Positions 42,701 through 57,400 of a stretch of 64,000 nt of DNA are shown here, one piece after another. The stretch is taken from the NCBI RefSeq assembly GCF_009914755.1, contig NC_060936.1. One strand, written 5' to 3'. Position numbers and translations under genes: made by a program. The notes under the pieces are model-generated. The model had not been told where the DNA came from, did no database searches, and saw only the letters and a program-made list of their open reading frames with translations. Position 1 is the stretch's first letter. Each line of letters starts with the position of its first letter. The DNA is from the human T2T-CHM13v2.0 reference genome, Homo sapiens.

Positions 42701-45356
42701 ACAAATGAACATTTGCAGATACTACAAAAAGACTGTTTCAAAACTGCTCTAACAAAAGTAGGGTTCCACTCTGTGAGGTGAATACACACATCGCAAAGCA
42801 GTTTCTGAGAATGCTTCTGTCTAGTTTTTATGTGTAGATTGCCCGATTCCAACGAATTCCTCAAAAAGTTTCATATATTCACAAGCAGATTCTACAAAAG
42901 AAGTGTTTCAAAACTGCTTTATCAAAAGAAAAGTTCCACTCTGTGAATTGAACACACACATCACAAAGGAGTTTCTGAGAATGCCTCTGTCTTGTTTTGA
43001 TGTGAAAATATTTCCATTTAGAACAAAGGCCTCAAAGCTCTCCAAATGAACACTTGCATATTTTACCAAAACAGTGTTTCAAAACTGCTCTGTGAAAAGA
43101 AAGGTTCAACTCTGTTAGCTGAATGCACACATCACAAAGAAGTTCCTGAGAATGCTTCTGTCTAGTTTTTATGTGAAGATTGTTATTTTTCCACAATAGG
43201 CCTCAAAGCGGTCAAAACGAACACTTGCAGATCATACAGAAAGAAAGTTTCCAATCTGCACTATCAAAAGAAAGTTTCAACTCTGTGAGTTGAATGCACA
43301 CATCACAAAGAACTTTCTGCGAATACTTCTCTCTAGTTTTTAAATGAAGATACCCGTTACCAACGAATTCACCAAGTGTTCCAAATATCCACAAGCAGAT
43401 TTCACAGAAGGAGTGTTTCAATACTGCTCTATCAAAAGACAGGTTCAACTCTGTTTTAGTTGAATGCACATATATCAAAGAAGATCCTGAAAATGCTTCT
43501 GTCTAGTTTTTATGTGAAGATATTTCCTTTTCCATCACAGGCTTCAACGCGTTCCAAATGAACACTTTCAGATACTACAAAAAGACTGTATCAAAACTGC
43601 TCTAACAAAAGAAGGGTTCCACTCTGTGAGGTGAATGCACACATCACAAAGCAGTTTCTATGAATGCTTCTAGTTTGTATGTGAAGATATCCCTTTTAAA
43701 ATGAATTCCTCAAAGAGCTCCAAATATCTACAAGCAGATTCTACAAAAGGAGTGTTTCAAATCTGCTCTATCAAAAGAAAGCTTCATCTCTGTGAGTTGA
43801 ATGCACACATCACAAAGCAGTTTCTGAGAATGCTTCTGTCTAGTTTGTATGTGTAGATATCCTGTTTACAAAGAATTCCTCAAAGAGTTCCAAATTTCCA
43901 CAAGCAGATTCTACAAAGCAGTGTGTCAAAATTGCTCTATCAATAGAGAAGTTCAACTCTGTGAGTTGAAAGCACACATCACAAAATACTTTCTGAGAAT
44001 GCTCCTGTCTAGTTTTTATGTGAAGATATTTCCTTTTCCACCATAGGCTTCCAAACGCTCCAAATGAACATTTGCAGATTCTACAAAAAGACTGTTTCAA
44101 AACCGCTCCATCAAAGGAAGGGTTCAACTCTGTGAGATGAATGCACATATCAGAAAGCAGTTTCTGAGAATGCTTCCAGTTTGTATGTGAAGATATCCCG
44201 TTTACAACGAATTCCTCAAAGAGCTCCAAATATTCACAAGCATATTCTACAAAAGGAGTGTTTCAAAAATGCTCTATCAAAAGAGAGGTTCAACTCTGTG
44301 AGCTGAATGCTCACATCACAAAAAAGTTTCTGAGAGTGCTTCAGTCTAGTTTTTATGTGAAGATATTTCCTTTTCCACCTTAGGTCTCAAATCGCTCAAA
44401 ATGAACACTTGCAGATTATACAGAAAGAAAGATTCAAATCTGCTCTATGAAAAGAAAGGTTCAACTCTGTGAGTTAAATGCACACATCACAAAGAACTTT
44501 CTGAGAATGCTTCTGTCTAGTTTTTATATGAAGATACCCGTTTCCAACGAATTCCCCAAGAGTTCCAAATATCCACTAGCAGATTCAACAAAAGGAACGT
44601 TTCAATACTTCTCTATGAAAAGACAGGTTCAACTCTGTTAGTTGAATGCACACATCTCAAAAAAGATCCTGGGAATGCATCTGTCTAGTATTTATGTGAA
44701 GATATTTCCTTTTCCACCATAGGCTTCAAAGCGCTCCAAATGAACACTTGCATATACTACAAAAGACTGTTTCAAAACTGCTCTAATAAAAGAAGGGTTC
44801 CACTCTGGGGGGTGAATGCACACATCACAAAGCAGTTTCTGAGAATGCTTCTGTCTAGTTTGTATGTGTAGATATTCCATTTACAACGAATTCCTCAAAG
44901 AGCTCCAAATATCCACAAGCAGATTCTACAAAAGCAGTGTTTCAAAACTGCTTTATCAAAAGAAAAGTTCAACTCTGTGAATTGAATGCACACATCACAA
45001 AATGTTTCTGAGAATGCTTCTGTGTATTTTTAATGTGAAGATATTTCCTTATCCACCATTGGCCTCAAAGCTCTCCAAGTGAACAATTGCAGATTTTACC
45101 AAAAGAGTTTTTCAAAACTGCACTATCAAAAAAAAAGTTTCAACTCTGTGAGTTGAATGCACACATCACAAAGAACTTTCTGAGAATACTTCTGCCTAGT
45201 TTTTTTTGAATAGAGCCCTTTTCCAAAGAATTCCTCAAAAAGTTTCATATATCCACAAGCAGATTCTACAAAAGAAGTTTTCCAAAACTATTCTATCAAA
45301 AGAAAGGTTCCACTCTGTGAATTGAACACACACATCACAAAGGAGTTTCTGAGTAT

Positions 45357-45446
45357 GCTTCTGTCTAGTTTTTACGTGAAGATATTTCCTTTTCACCATA
45401 GGCTTCTGTCTAGTTTTTACGTGAAGATATTTCCTTTTCACCATAG
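45357..45446. repeat. Perfect 45-bp tandem duplication inside a monomer
   Basis: GCTTCTGTCTAGTTTTTACGTGAAGATATTTCCTTTTCACCATAG occurs at 45357-45401 and 45402-45446. Confidence 0.95.
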
Positions 45447-48400
45447 GCCTCAAAGCTCTCCAAATGAACCCTTGCAGAATTACCAAAAGAGTTTCTCAAA
45501 ATCGCTGTGTCCAAAGAAAGGCTCAACTCTGTTAGCTGAATGCACACATCACAGAGAAGTTCCTGAGAATGCTTCTGTCTAGTTTTTATGTGAAGATAGA
45601 TATATCGTTTTCCAACAGAGGCCTCAAATCACTAAAAATATCCACTTGCAGATTCTAGAAAAAGACTGTTTCAAAACTGCTCTATCAAAACAAAAGTTCC
45701 ACTATGTGAATTGAACACAGACGTCACAAAGGTGTTTCTGAAAATGCTTCTGTCTAGGTTTTATGTGAAGATATTTTGTTTTCCATCATAGGCCTCAAAG
45801 CTCTCAAAATGAACACTTGCAGATGTTACCAAAAGAATGTTTCAAAACTGCTCTGTCAAAAGAAAGGTTCAACTCTGTTAGCTGAATGCACACATCACAA
45901 GGATGTTTCTGAGTATACTCCTGTCTAGTTTTTATTTGAAGATATTACTTTTTACACAGTAGGCCTCAAAGCACTCCAAATATCCACTTGCAGATTCTAT
46001 AAAAAGAGTGTTTCCAAACTGCTCTATCAAAAGAAATGTTCAAGTCTGTGAGTTGAATGCACACATCACAAAGCAGTTTCTGAGAAAGCTACTGTCTAGT
46101 TTTTAAGTGAGGATATTTCCTTTTCCACCATAGGCCTCAAATCGCTCCAAATATCCATTTGCAGTTAACACCAAATGACTGTTTCAAAACTGCTCTCTGA
46201 AAAGGGAGGTTGAACTCTGTGATTTCAATGCACCCATCACAAAGCAGCTTCTGAGAATGCTTCTGTCCAGGTTGTATTTGAAGATATCCCATTTACAATG
46301 AATTTCTCAAAGAGCTCCAAATATCCAGAAGCAGATACTAGAAAAGGAGTGTTTCAAAACTGCTCTATCAAAAGACAGGTTCAACTCTGTTAGTTGAATG
46401 AAAACATCACAAAAAAGTTTCTGAGAGTGCTTCTGTCTAGTTTTTATGTGAAGATATACCCTTTTCCACCATAGGCTTCAAAGTGCTGCAAATGCACACT
46501 TGCAGATGATACAGCAAGAATGTTTCAAATCTGCTCTATCAAAAGAAATGTTCAGCTCTGTGAGTTGAATGCACACATCACAAAGAACTTTCTGAGAACG
46601 CTTCTGTCTATGTTGTATATGAAGATACCTGTTTCCAACGAATTCCCCAAGAGTTCCAAATATCCACAAGCAGATTCCACAAAAGGAGTGCTTCAATACT
46701 GCTCTATCAAAAGACAGGTTCAACTCTGTGAGTTGAATGCACACATCTCAAAGCAGATCCTGGGAATGCTTCTGTCTAGTTTTTATGTGAAGATATTTCC
46801 TTTTCCACCATAGGCTTCAAAGAGCTCCAAATGAACACTTGGAGATACTACAAAAAAACCGTTTCAACACTGCTCTGACAAAAGAGGGGTTCCACTCTCT
46901 GAGGTGAATGCACACATCACAAGGCAGTTTCTGAGAATGCTTCTGTCTAGTTTATATGTGTAGATATCCCGTTTACAACGAATTCCTCTAAGAGTTTCAA
47001 TTATCCGCAAGCAGATTCTACAAAAGCAGTGTTTCAAAACTGCTCTATGAAAAGAAAGGTTCAACTCTGTGAATTGAATGTACATATCACAAAAATGTTT
47101 CTGAGAATGCTTCTGTCTAGTTTTCATGTGAAGATATTTCCTTTTCCACCATAGACCTCAAAGCGCTAAAAACGCTCACTTGCAGATAACACAAAAAGAA
47201 TGTCTCAAATCTGCTCTATCAAAAGAAAGGTTCAATTCTGTGAGTTGAATTCACACATCACAAAGGACTTTCTGAGAATACTTCTGCCTAGTTTTTTTTC
47301 TGAGCATAGCCCGTTTCCAACGAATTCCTCAGAAAGTTTCATATATGCACAAGCAGATTCTACAAAAGAAGTGTTTAAAAAATGCTCTATCAAAGAATGG
47401 TTCCACTATGTGAATTGCACACAGACATCACAAAGGAGTTTCTGAGTATGCTTCTGTCTAGTTTTTATGTGAAGATATTCCCTTTTCCACCACAGGCCTC
47501 AAAGCTATCCAAATGAATACTTGCAGATTTGACCAAAAGAGTGTTTCAAAACAGCTCTGTCAAAACAAAGATTCAAATCCGTTAGCTGAATGCACACATC
47601 ACAAAGAAGTTCCTAAGTATGCTTCTGTCTAGTTTTTATGTTAAGATATATTCTTTTTCAAAAGAGGCCTCAAATCGCTCCAAATATCCACTTGCAGATT
47701 CTACAAAAAGACTGTTTCCAAACTGCTCTATAAAAAGAAAGGATCAACTCTGTGAGTTGAATGCACACATTACAAAGCAGTTTCAGAGAATGCTTCTGTC
47801 TTGTTTTTATGTGAAGTTATTTCCTTTTCCACCATAGGCCTGACATCGTTCCAAATATCCATTTGCAGGTAACACCAAAAGACTGTTTCAAAACTGCTCT
47901 CTGAAAAGGAAGGTTCAACTCTTTGAGTTGAACGCACTCATCATATAGCAGATTCTGAGAATGCTTCTGTCTAGTTTTTATGTGAAGATACCCCGTTTAC
48001 AACGAATTCCTCAAGAGTTCCAAATACCCACAGCAGACTCTACAAATGTGTGTTTCAAAACTGTTCTATCAAAAGAAAAGTACAACTCTGTGAGTTGAAT
48101 GCACACATCACAGAAAAGTTTCTGAGAATGCTTCTGTCTAGTTTTTATGTGAAGATATTACCTTTTCCACCATAGGCTTCAAAGCGCTTCAAATGAACAC
48201 TTGCAGATTCTACAAAAAGACTGTTTCAAAACTGCTACGTCAAAGGAAGGGTTTAACTCTGTGAGTTGAATGCACACATTACAAAGCAGTTTCTGAGAAT
48301 GCTTCTGTCTAGTTTTTATGGGAAGATATTTCCTTTTCCATCATAGGTCTCAAATCGCGCCAAATATCCACTTGCAGATACTACAAAAACAATGTTTCAA

Positions 48401-51400
48401 AACTGCTCTCTCTCTTAAAAAGAAGGCTCATCTCTGTGAGTTGAATGCACACATCACAAAATGTTTCTGAGAATGCTTCTGTCTAGCTTTTATGTGAAGA
48501 TATTACCATTTCCACCATAGGATTCAAAGAGCTCCAAGTGAACACTTGCAGAGTCTACAAAAACACTGTTTCAATAGTGCTCCATCAAAGAAGGGTTCGA
48601 CTCTGTGAGTTGAATGCACACATAACAAAGCAGCTTCTGAGAATGCTTCTGTCTAGTTTTTATGTGAAGATATTTCCTTTTCCACAACAGGCCTCAAATC
48701 CTCCAAATATACACTTGCAGATATTACAAAAAGACTGTTTCAAATCTGCTCTCTCAAAAGGAAGGTTCAACTCTGTGAGTTGAATGCACACATCACAAAG
48801 AAGTTTCTGAGAATGCTTCTAGTTTGTATGTGAAGATATCCTGTTTAAAACGAATTCCTCAAAGAGCTCCAAATATCCACAAGCACATTCTACAAAAGGA
48901 GTGTTTCAAAACTGATCTATCAAAAGAGAGGTTCAACTCTGTGAGCAGAATGCACACATCACAAAAAAGTTTCTGAGAATGCTTCTGTCTAGTTTTTAAG
49001 TGAAGATATTACCTTTTTCACCACAGGCTTCAAAGCGCACCAAATGAACACTTGCAGATTCTACAAAAAGACTGTTTCAAAACTGCTCTATCAAAAGAAA
49101 GGCACAACTCTGTGAGTTGAATGCACAGATCAGAAGAACTTTTTGAGAATACATCTGCCTAGTTTTTTTCTGAAGATATCCCGTTTCCTACGAATTCCTC
49201 AAAAAGTTTCATATACACACAAGCAGATTCTACAAAAGAAGTGTTTCAAAACTGCTCTATCAAAAGAAACGTTCCACTCTGTGAATTGAACACACACACC
49301 ACAAAGGAGTTTCTGATAATGCTTCTGTCTAGTTTTTATGAGAAGATATTTCCTTTTGCACTATAGTCCTCAAAGTTCTCCAAATGAACACTTGCAGATT
49401 TTACCAAAAGAGTGTTTCAGAACTGCTCTATCAAAAGAAAAGCTCAACTCTGTGAGCTGAATGCACACATCATCAAGCAGTTTCTCTGAATGCTTCTGTC
49501 TGGTTTTTATGTGAAGATATTTCATTTTCCACCATAGGCCTCAAATTGCTCCAAATATCCACTTGCAGGTAACACCAAAAGACTGTTTCAAAACTACTCT
49601 CTGGAAAGGAAAGTTGAACTCTGTGAGTTGAACGCACACATCACAAAGCAGCTTCGGAGAATGCTTCTGTCTGTCTAGTTTGTATGTGAAGATATCCCGT
49701 TTAAAACGAATTCCTCAAAGAGCTCCAAATATACAGAAGCAGATTCTACAAAAGGTGTGTTTCAAAACTGCTCTATCAAAAGAAAGGCTCAACTATGTGA
49801 CTTGAATGCAAACATCACGAAAATGATTCTGAGAATGCTTCTGTCTAGTTTTTATGTGAACATATTTCCTTTTCCATCACAGGCTTCAAAGTGCTCCAAA
49901 TGAACACATGCAGATTCGACAAAAAGACTGTTTCAAATCTGCTCCATCAAAGGAAGGGTTCAACTCTGTGAGTTGAATGCACACATCACAAAGCAGTTTC
50001 TGAGAATGCTTCTGTCTAGTTTTCATGTGAAGGTATTTCCTTTTCCACCATAGGCCTCAAATCGCTCCAAATATCCACTTGCAGGAAACATCAAAATAGA
50101 GTTTCAAAATTGCTTTCTGAAGAGGAAGGTTGAACTCTGTGAGTTGAACGCACACATCACAAAGCAGCTTTGGAGAATGCTTCTGTCTAGTTTGTATGTG
50201 TAGATATCTCTTTTACAACGAATTCCTCAAAGAGCTCCAAATATCCACAAGCAGATTCTACAAAAGCAGTGGTTCAAAACTTCTCTATCAAAAGAACGGT
50301 TCAACTCTGCGAATTCAATGCACACATCACAAAAAGTTTCTGAGAATGCTTCTGTCTAGTTTTCATATGAAGATAATTCCTTTTCCACCATAGCCCTCAA
50401 AGCGCACCAAATGACCACTTGCAGATTACACAGAAAGAATGTTTCTAATCTGCTCTACCAAGAGAAAGGTTCAATTCTGTGAGTTGAATGCTCACATCAC
50501 AAAGTATTTTCTCAGAATACTTCGGCCTAGTATTTTTCTGAAGACAGCCCGTTTCCAACGGATTCCTCAAAAAGTTTCATATACAAAAAACCAGATTTTA
50601 CAAAAGAAGTATTTCAAAACTGCTCTATCAAAAGAAAGGTTCCACTCTGTGAATTGAACTCACACATCACAAAGGAGTTTCTTAGAATGCTTCTCTCTAA
50701 TATTTATGTGAAGTTACTTCCTTTTCCACCATAGGCCTCAAATTGCTCCAAATATCCACTTGCAGGTAACACCAAAAGAGTGTTTCAAAACTGCTCTCTG
50801 AAAAGGAAGGTTGAACTATGTGAGTTGAACGCACACATCACAAAGCAGCTTCTGAGAATGCTTCTGTCTAGTTTGTATGTGAAGATATCCCTTTTACAAT
50901 GAATTCCTCAAAGAGCTCCAAATATCCACAAGCAGATTCTACAAAAGCAGTGTTTCAACACTGTTCCATCAAAAGAAAGGTTCAACTCCATGAATTGAAT
51001 GCACACATCACAGAAAAGTTTCTGAGAATGTTTCTGTTTAGTTTTCATGTGAAGATATTCCCTTTTCAACAATAGGCCTCATAGCGATCAAAATGAATAC
51101 TTGCAGATTATACAGAAAGGAAGTTTCACATCTGCTCTACCAAAAGAAAGGTTCAACTCTGTGAGTTGAAAGCATACATCACAAAGAACTTTCTGAGAAT
51201 GCTTCTGTCTAGTTTTTATATGAAGATACCCGTTTCCAACGATTTCCCCTAAGTTCCAAATATCCACAAGCTGATTAAACAAAAGGAGTGTTTCAATACT
51301 GCTCTATAGAAAGACAAGTTCAACTCTTCTATTTGAATACACAGATCTCAAAGAAGATCCTGGGAATGCTTCTGTCTAGTTTTTATGTGAAGATATTTCC

Positions 51401-54400
51401 TTTTCCACCATAGGCTTCAAAGCACTCCAAATGAACACTTGCAGATACTACAAAAAGACTGTTTCATCACTGCTCTAACAAAAGAAGTGTTCCACTCTGT
51501 GAGGTGAATGCACACATCTCAAAGCAGTTTCTGAGAATTCTTCTGTCTACTTTGTATGTGTAGATATCACGTTTACAACGAATTCCTCAAAGACCTCCAA
51601 ATACCCACAAGCAGATTCTTTAAAAGCGGTGCTTCAAAACTGCTCTATCAAAAGAAAGATTCAAATCTGTGAATTGAGTGCACACATCACAAAAAAGTTT
51701 CTGAGAATGCTTCTGTCTAGTTTTCATGTGAAGATAATTCCTTCTCCACCATATGCCTCAAAGCGCTCCTAATGAACACTTGCAGATTATACAGAATGTT
51801 TCAAATCTGCTCTACCAAAAGAAAGGTTCAACTCTGTGAGTTTAATGCACACACCACAAAGAAGTTTCTGAGAATACTTCTGCCTAGGTTTTTTCTGAAG
51901 ATAGCCCGTTTCCAATGAATTCCTGAAAAAGTTTCATATATCCACAAGCAGATTCTACAAAAGAAGTGTTTCAAAACTGCTCTATCAAATGAAGGGTTCC
52001 ACTCTGTGAAGTCAACACAGATATCACAAAGGGGTTTCTGAGAATGCTTCTGTCTTGTTTTTATGTGAAGATATTTCCTTTTCCACCGTAGGCATCAAAA
52101 CTCTCCAAATGAACACTTGCAGATTTTACCAAAAGAGTGTTTCAAAACTGCTCTGTCAAAAGAAAGGTTCAACTCTGTTAGCTGAATGCACATATCACAA
52201 AGAAGTTCCTGAGAATGCTTCTGTCTAGTTTTATGTGAAGATATATCCTTTTCCAACAAAGGCTTCAGATCGCTCCAAATATCCACTTGCAGATTCTACA
52301 AAATGACTGTTTGAAGCTGCTCTATCAAAAGAAAGGATCAACTCTGTGAGTTGAATGCACACATCACAAAGCAGTTTCTGAGAATGCTTCTGTCTAGTTT
52401 TTATGTGAAGTTATTTCCTTTTCCACCATAGGCCTCAAATTGCTCCAAATATCCACTTGCAGGTAAAACCAGAAGACTTTTTCAAAACTGCTCTCTGAAA
52501 AGAAAGGTTGAACTCTTTGAGTTGAACACACACATCACAAAGCAGCTTCTGAGAATGCTTATGTCTAGTTTGTATGTGAAGATATCCCTTTTAAAACGAA
52601 TTCCTCAAAGAGCTCCAGATACCCACAAGCAGATTCTAGAAAAGATGTGTTTAAAACTGCTCTCTCAAAAGAAAGGTTCAACTATGTGAGTTGAATGCAC
52701 ACATCACAAAAAAGTTTCTGAGAATGCTTCTGTGTAGTTTTTATGTGAACATATTTCCTTTTCCACCACAGGCTTCAAAGCGCTCCAAATGAACTCTTGC
52801 AGATTCTACGAAAAGACTGTTTGAAATCTACTCCATCAAAGGAAGGGTTCAGCTCTGTGAGTTGAAGGCACACATCACAACGCAGTTTCTGAGAATGCTT
52901 CTGTCTAGTTTTTTGTGAAGATATTTCCTTTTACACCATAGGCCGCAAATCGCTCCAAATATGCACTTGCAGGTAACATTAAAAGACAGTTTCAAAACTG
53001 TTCTCTGAAAAGGAAGGTTGAACTCTGTGAGTTGAACGCACACATCACAAAGTAGCTTCTGAAAATGCTTCTGTCTAATTTGTATGTGTAGATATCCCAT
53101 TTACAGCGAATTCCTCAAAGAGCTCACACATCTCAAAGAAGATCCTGGGAATGTTTGTCTAATTTTTATGTGAAAATATTTCCTTTTCCACCATAGGCTT
53201 AAAAGCGCTCCAAATGAACACTTGCAGATACTACAAAAAGACTGTTTCAACACTGCCCTAATAAAGGAAGGGTTCCACTCTATGAGGTGAATGCACACAT
53301 CGCAAAGCACTTTCTGAGAATGCTTCTCTCTAGTTTGTATGTGTATATATCCCTTTTACAACGAATTCCTCAGAGAGCTCCAAATATCCACAAGCAGATT
53401 CTGCAAAAGCAGTGTTTCAAAACTGCTCTATCAAAAGAAAGGTTCAACTCTGTGAGTTGAATGCACTCATCATCAGAACTTTCTGAGAATACTTCTGCCT
53501 AGTTTTTTCTGAAGATAGCCCATTTCCAACGAATTCCTGAAAAAGTTTCATATATCCACAAGCAGATGCTACAAAAGAAGTGTTTCAAAACTGCTCTATC
53601 AAAAGAAAGGTTCCACTCCGTGAATTGAAAACAGACATCACAAAGGAGTTTCTGAGCATGCTTCTGTCTTGTTTTTATGTGAAGATATTTCCTTTTCCAC
53701 CGTAGGCATCAAAGCTCTCCAAATGAACACTTGCAGATATGACCAAAAGAGTGTTTCAAAACTGTTCTGTCAAAAGAAAGATTCAAATCCGTTAGCTGAA
53801 TGCACACATCACAAAGAAGTTCCTGAGAATACTTCTGTCTAGTTTTTATGTGAAGATATTACCTTTTCCAACAGAGGCCTCAAATCGCTCCAAATATCCA
53901 CCTGCAGATTCTACAAAAAAACTGTTTCCAAACTGCTCTATCAAAAGAAAGGATCAACTCTGTGAGTTGAATGCACACATCACAAAGCAGTTTCTGAGAA
54001 TGCTTCTGTCTAGTTTTTATGAGAAGTTATTTCTTTTTCCACCATAGGCCTCAAATCGCTCCAAATATCCATTTGCAAGTGACACCAAAAGACTGTTTCA
54101 AAACTGCTCTCTGAAAAGGAAGGTTGAACTCTGTGAGTTGAACACACACATCACAAAGCAGCTTCTAAGAATAATTCTGTCTAGTTTGTTTGTGAAGATA
54201 TCCCGTTTACAACGAATTCGCCAAAGAGCTCCAAATATCCACAAGCAGATTCTACAAAAGCAGTATTTCAAAACTGCTCCATCAAAAGAAAGGTTCAACT
54301 CTGAGAATTGAATGCACATATCACAAAAAAGTTCCTGAGAATGCTTCCATGTAGTTTTCATGTGAAGATATTTCCTTTTCCACCAGAGGCCTCAAAGCGC

Positions 54401-57400
54401 TCCAAATGAACACTTGCAGATTTTACAGAAAGAATGTTTCAAACCTGCTCCATCAGAAGAGAGGTTCAACTCTTTTAGCTGAATATACACATCACAAGGA
54501 AGTTCCTCAGAATGCTTCTGTCTAGTTTTTATGTGAAGATATATCATTTTTCAAAAGAGGCCTCAAATCGCTACAAATATCCACCTGCAGATTCTACAAA
54601 AAGACTGTTTCAAAACTGCTCTATCAAAAGAAAGACTCAACTCTGTGAATTGAATGCACGCATCACAAAGCAGTTTCTCAGAATAGTTTTGTCTAGTTTT
54701 TATGTAAAGATATTTCCTTTTCCACCATAGGCCTCAAATCGCCCCAAATATCCACTTGCAGGTAATACCAAAAGAAATATTTCAAAAGTCCTCTCTGAAA
54801 AGGAAGGTTGAATTCTGTGAATTAAGTGCACACATCACAAAGCAGCTTCTGAGAATGCTTCTGTATAGTTTCTATGTGAAGATATACTGTTTACAACGAA
54901 TTCCTCAAAGAGCCCTTATTGTCCACAAGCATAGTCTACAAAAGGTGTGTTTCAAAGCTGCTGTATCAAAAGAAAGGTTAAACTATGTGAGTTTAATGCA
55001 CACATCACACAAAAGTTTCTGAGATTGCTTCTGTCTAGTTTTTATGTGAAGATATTACCTTTTCCACCATAGGCTTCAAAGCACTCCAAATGAACACTTG
55101 CAGATTATACAGAAAGAATGCTTCAAATCTGCTCTATCAAAAGAAAGGTTCAACTCTGTGAGTTGAACGCACACATCACATAGAACTTTCTGAGAATACT
55201 TCTGTCTAGTTTTTATGTGAAGATATTACTTTTTCCAACATAGGCTTCAAAGCGCTCCAAATGAACACTTGCAGATACTACAAAAAGACTGTTTCAACAC
55301 TGCTCTAATGAAAGAAGGGTTCCACTCTATGAGGTGAATGCACACATCAAAAAGCAGTTTCCGAGAATGCCTCTGTCTAGTTTGTATGTGTAGATATCCC
55401 GTTTACGACGAATTCCTCAAGGAACTCCAAATATCCACAAGCAGATTCTACAAAAGCAGTGTTTCAAAACTGCTCTATCAAAAGAAACGTTCAACTGACT
55501 GAATTGGATGCACTCATCACAAAAATGTTTCTGAGAATGCTTCTGTCTAGTTTTCATGTGAAGATATTTCGTTTTCCATCATAGGCCTCAAGGTGCTCCA
55601 AATGAACACTTGCAGATAATACAGAAAGAATGTTTCAAATATGCTCTATCAAAAGAAAGGTTCAACCCTGTGAGTTGAATGCACACATCACATAGAACTT
55701 TCTGAGAATACTTCTGCCTAGTTTTTTCTGAAGATAGTCCGTTTCCACTGAATTCCTCAAAAAGTTTCATATATCCATAAGCAGATTCTACAAAAGAAGT
55801 GTTCCAAAACTGCTCTATCAAAAGAAAGGTTCCACTCGTGAATTGAACACAGATATCACAAATGAGTTTCTGAGAATGCTTCTGTCTAGTTTTTATGTGA
55901 ACATGTTTCCTTTTCAACCATAGGCATCAAAGCTCTCCAAATGAACACTTGCAGATTTTATCAAAAGAGTGTTTCAAAACTGCTCTGTCCAAAGAAAGGT
56001 TCAACTGTGTTAGCTGAATGCACACATCACAACAAGTTCCTAAGAATGCTTCTGTCTAGTTTTTATGTGAAGATACATCCTTTTCCAACAGAGGCCTCAA
56101 ACCGCTCCAAATATCAACTTGTAGGTAACACCAAAAGACTGTTTCAAAACTGCTCTCTGAAAAGGAAGGTTGAACTATGTGAGTTGAAAGTACGCATCAC
56201 AAAGCAGCTTCTGAGAATGCTTCTGTCTAGTTTGTATGTGAAGATATCCCGTTTACAACGAATTCTTCAAAGAGTTCCAAATATCCACAAGCAGATCCTT
56301 CAAAAGCAGTGTTTCAAAACTGCTCCATCAAAAGAAAGGTTCAACGGTGTGAACTGAATGTATACTTCACAAAAATTTCTGAGAATGCTTCTGTCTAATT
56401 CTCATGTGAAGATATTTTCTTTTCCACAATAGGCCTCAAATCGCTCCAAATATCCACTTGCAGGCAACACCAAATACTATTTCAAAACTGCTCTCTGAAA
56501 AGAAAGGATGAACTCTGTGAGTTGAATGCACACATCACATAGCAGCTTATGAGAACGAGTCTTTCTAGTTTGCATGTGATGATATCCTGTTTACAACGAA
56601 TTCCTCAAAGAGCTCCAAATTTCCACAAGGAGATTCTACAAAAGGTGTGTTTCAAAACTGCTCTATCAAAAGAAAGGTTCAACTCTGTGCGTTGAATGCA
56701 CACATCCCAAAATAGTTTCTGAGAATGCTTCTGTCTAGTTTTTATGTGAAGACGTTACCTTTTCCACCACAGGCTTCACAGCGCTCCAAATGAAAACTTG
56801 CAGATTCTACAAAAGACTGTTTCAAAAGTGCTCCATCAAAGGAAGGGTTCAACTCTGTGAGGTGAAGGCACACATCACAAAGCAGTTTCTAAGAATGTTT
56901 CTGTCTATTTTTTATGTGAAGATATTTCATTTTCCACCAAAGGGCTCAAATCGCTCCAAATATCCACATGAAGATACCACAAAAACACCATTTTAAAACT
57001 GCTCTCTCAAAAGGAAGGTTCCACTCTGTGAGGTGAATGCACACACCACAAAGGAGTTTCTGATAATGTTTCTGTCTTGTTTTTATGTGAAGATATTTCC
57101 TTTTCCACCAGAGGCCTCAAATCTCTCCAAATATCCACATGCAGGTAACACCAAAAACTTGTTTCAAAACTGCTCTCTGAAAAGGAAGGTTGAACCCTGT
57201 GAGTTGAACACAAACATCACAAAGAAGCTTCTGAGAATGCTTCTGTCTAGTTTTTATGTGAAGACATTTCCTTTTCCACCATAGGCCTCAAATCCCTGCA
57301 AATATCCACTTGCAGATTTTACAAAAAGACTGTTTCAAAACTGCTCCCTGAAAAGGAAGGTTGAACTATGAGAGTTGAAAGCACACATCACAAAGCAGTT

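Noticed and set aside
31130-49680. Small slippage indels (31131, 42305, 48410, 49670) and recurrent 4-bp-short monomers (TAGAAGCATTC)
   Set aside because: These are ordinary satellite micro-variation. The 4-bp deletion is simply a marker of one monomer type.
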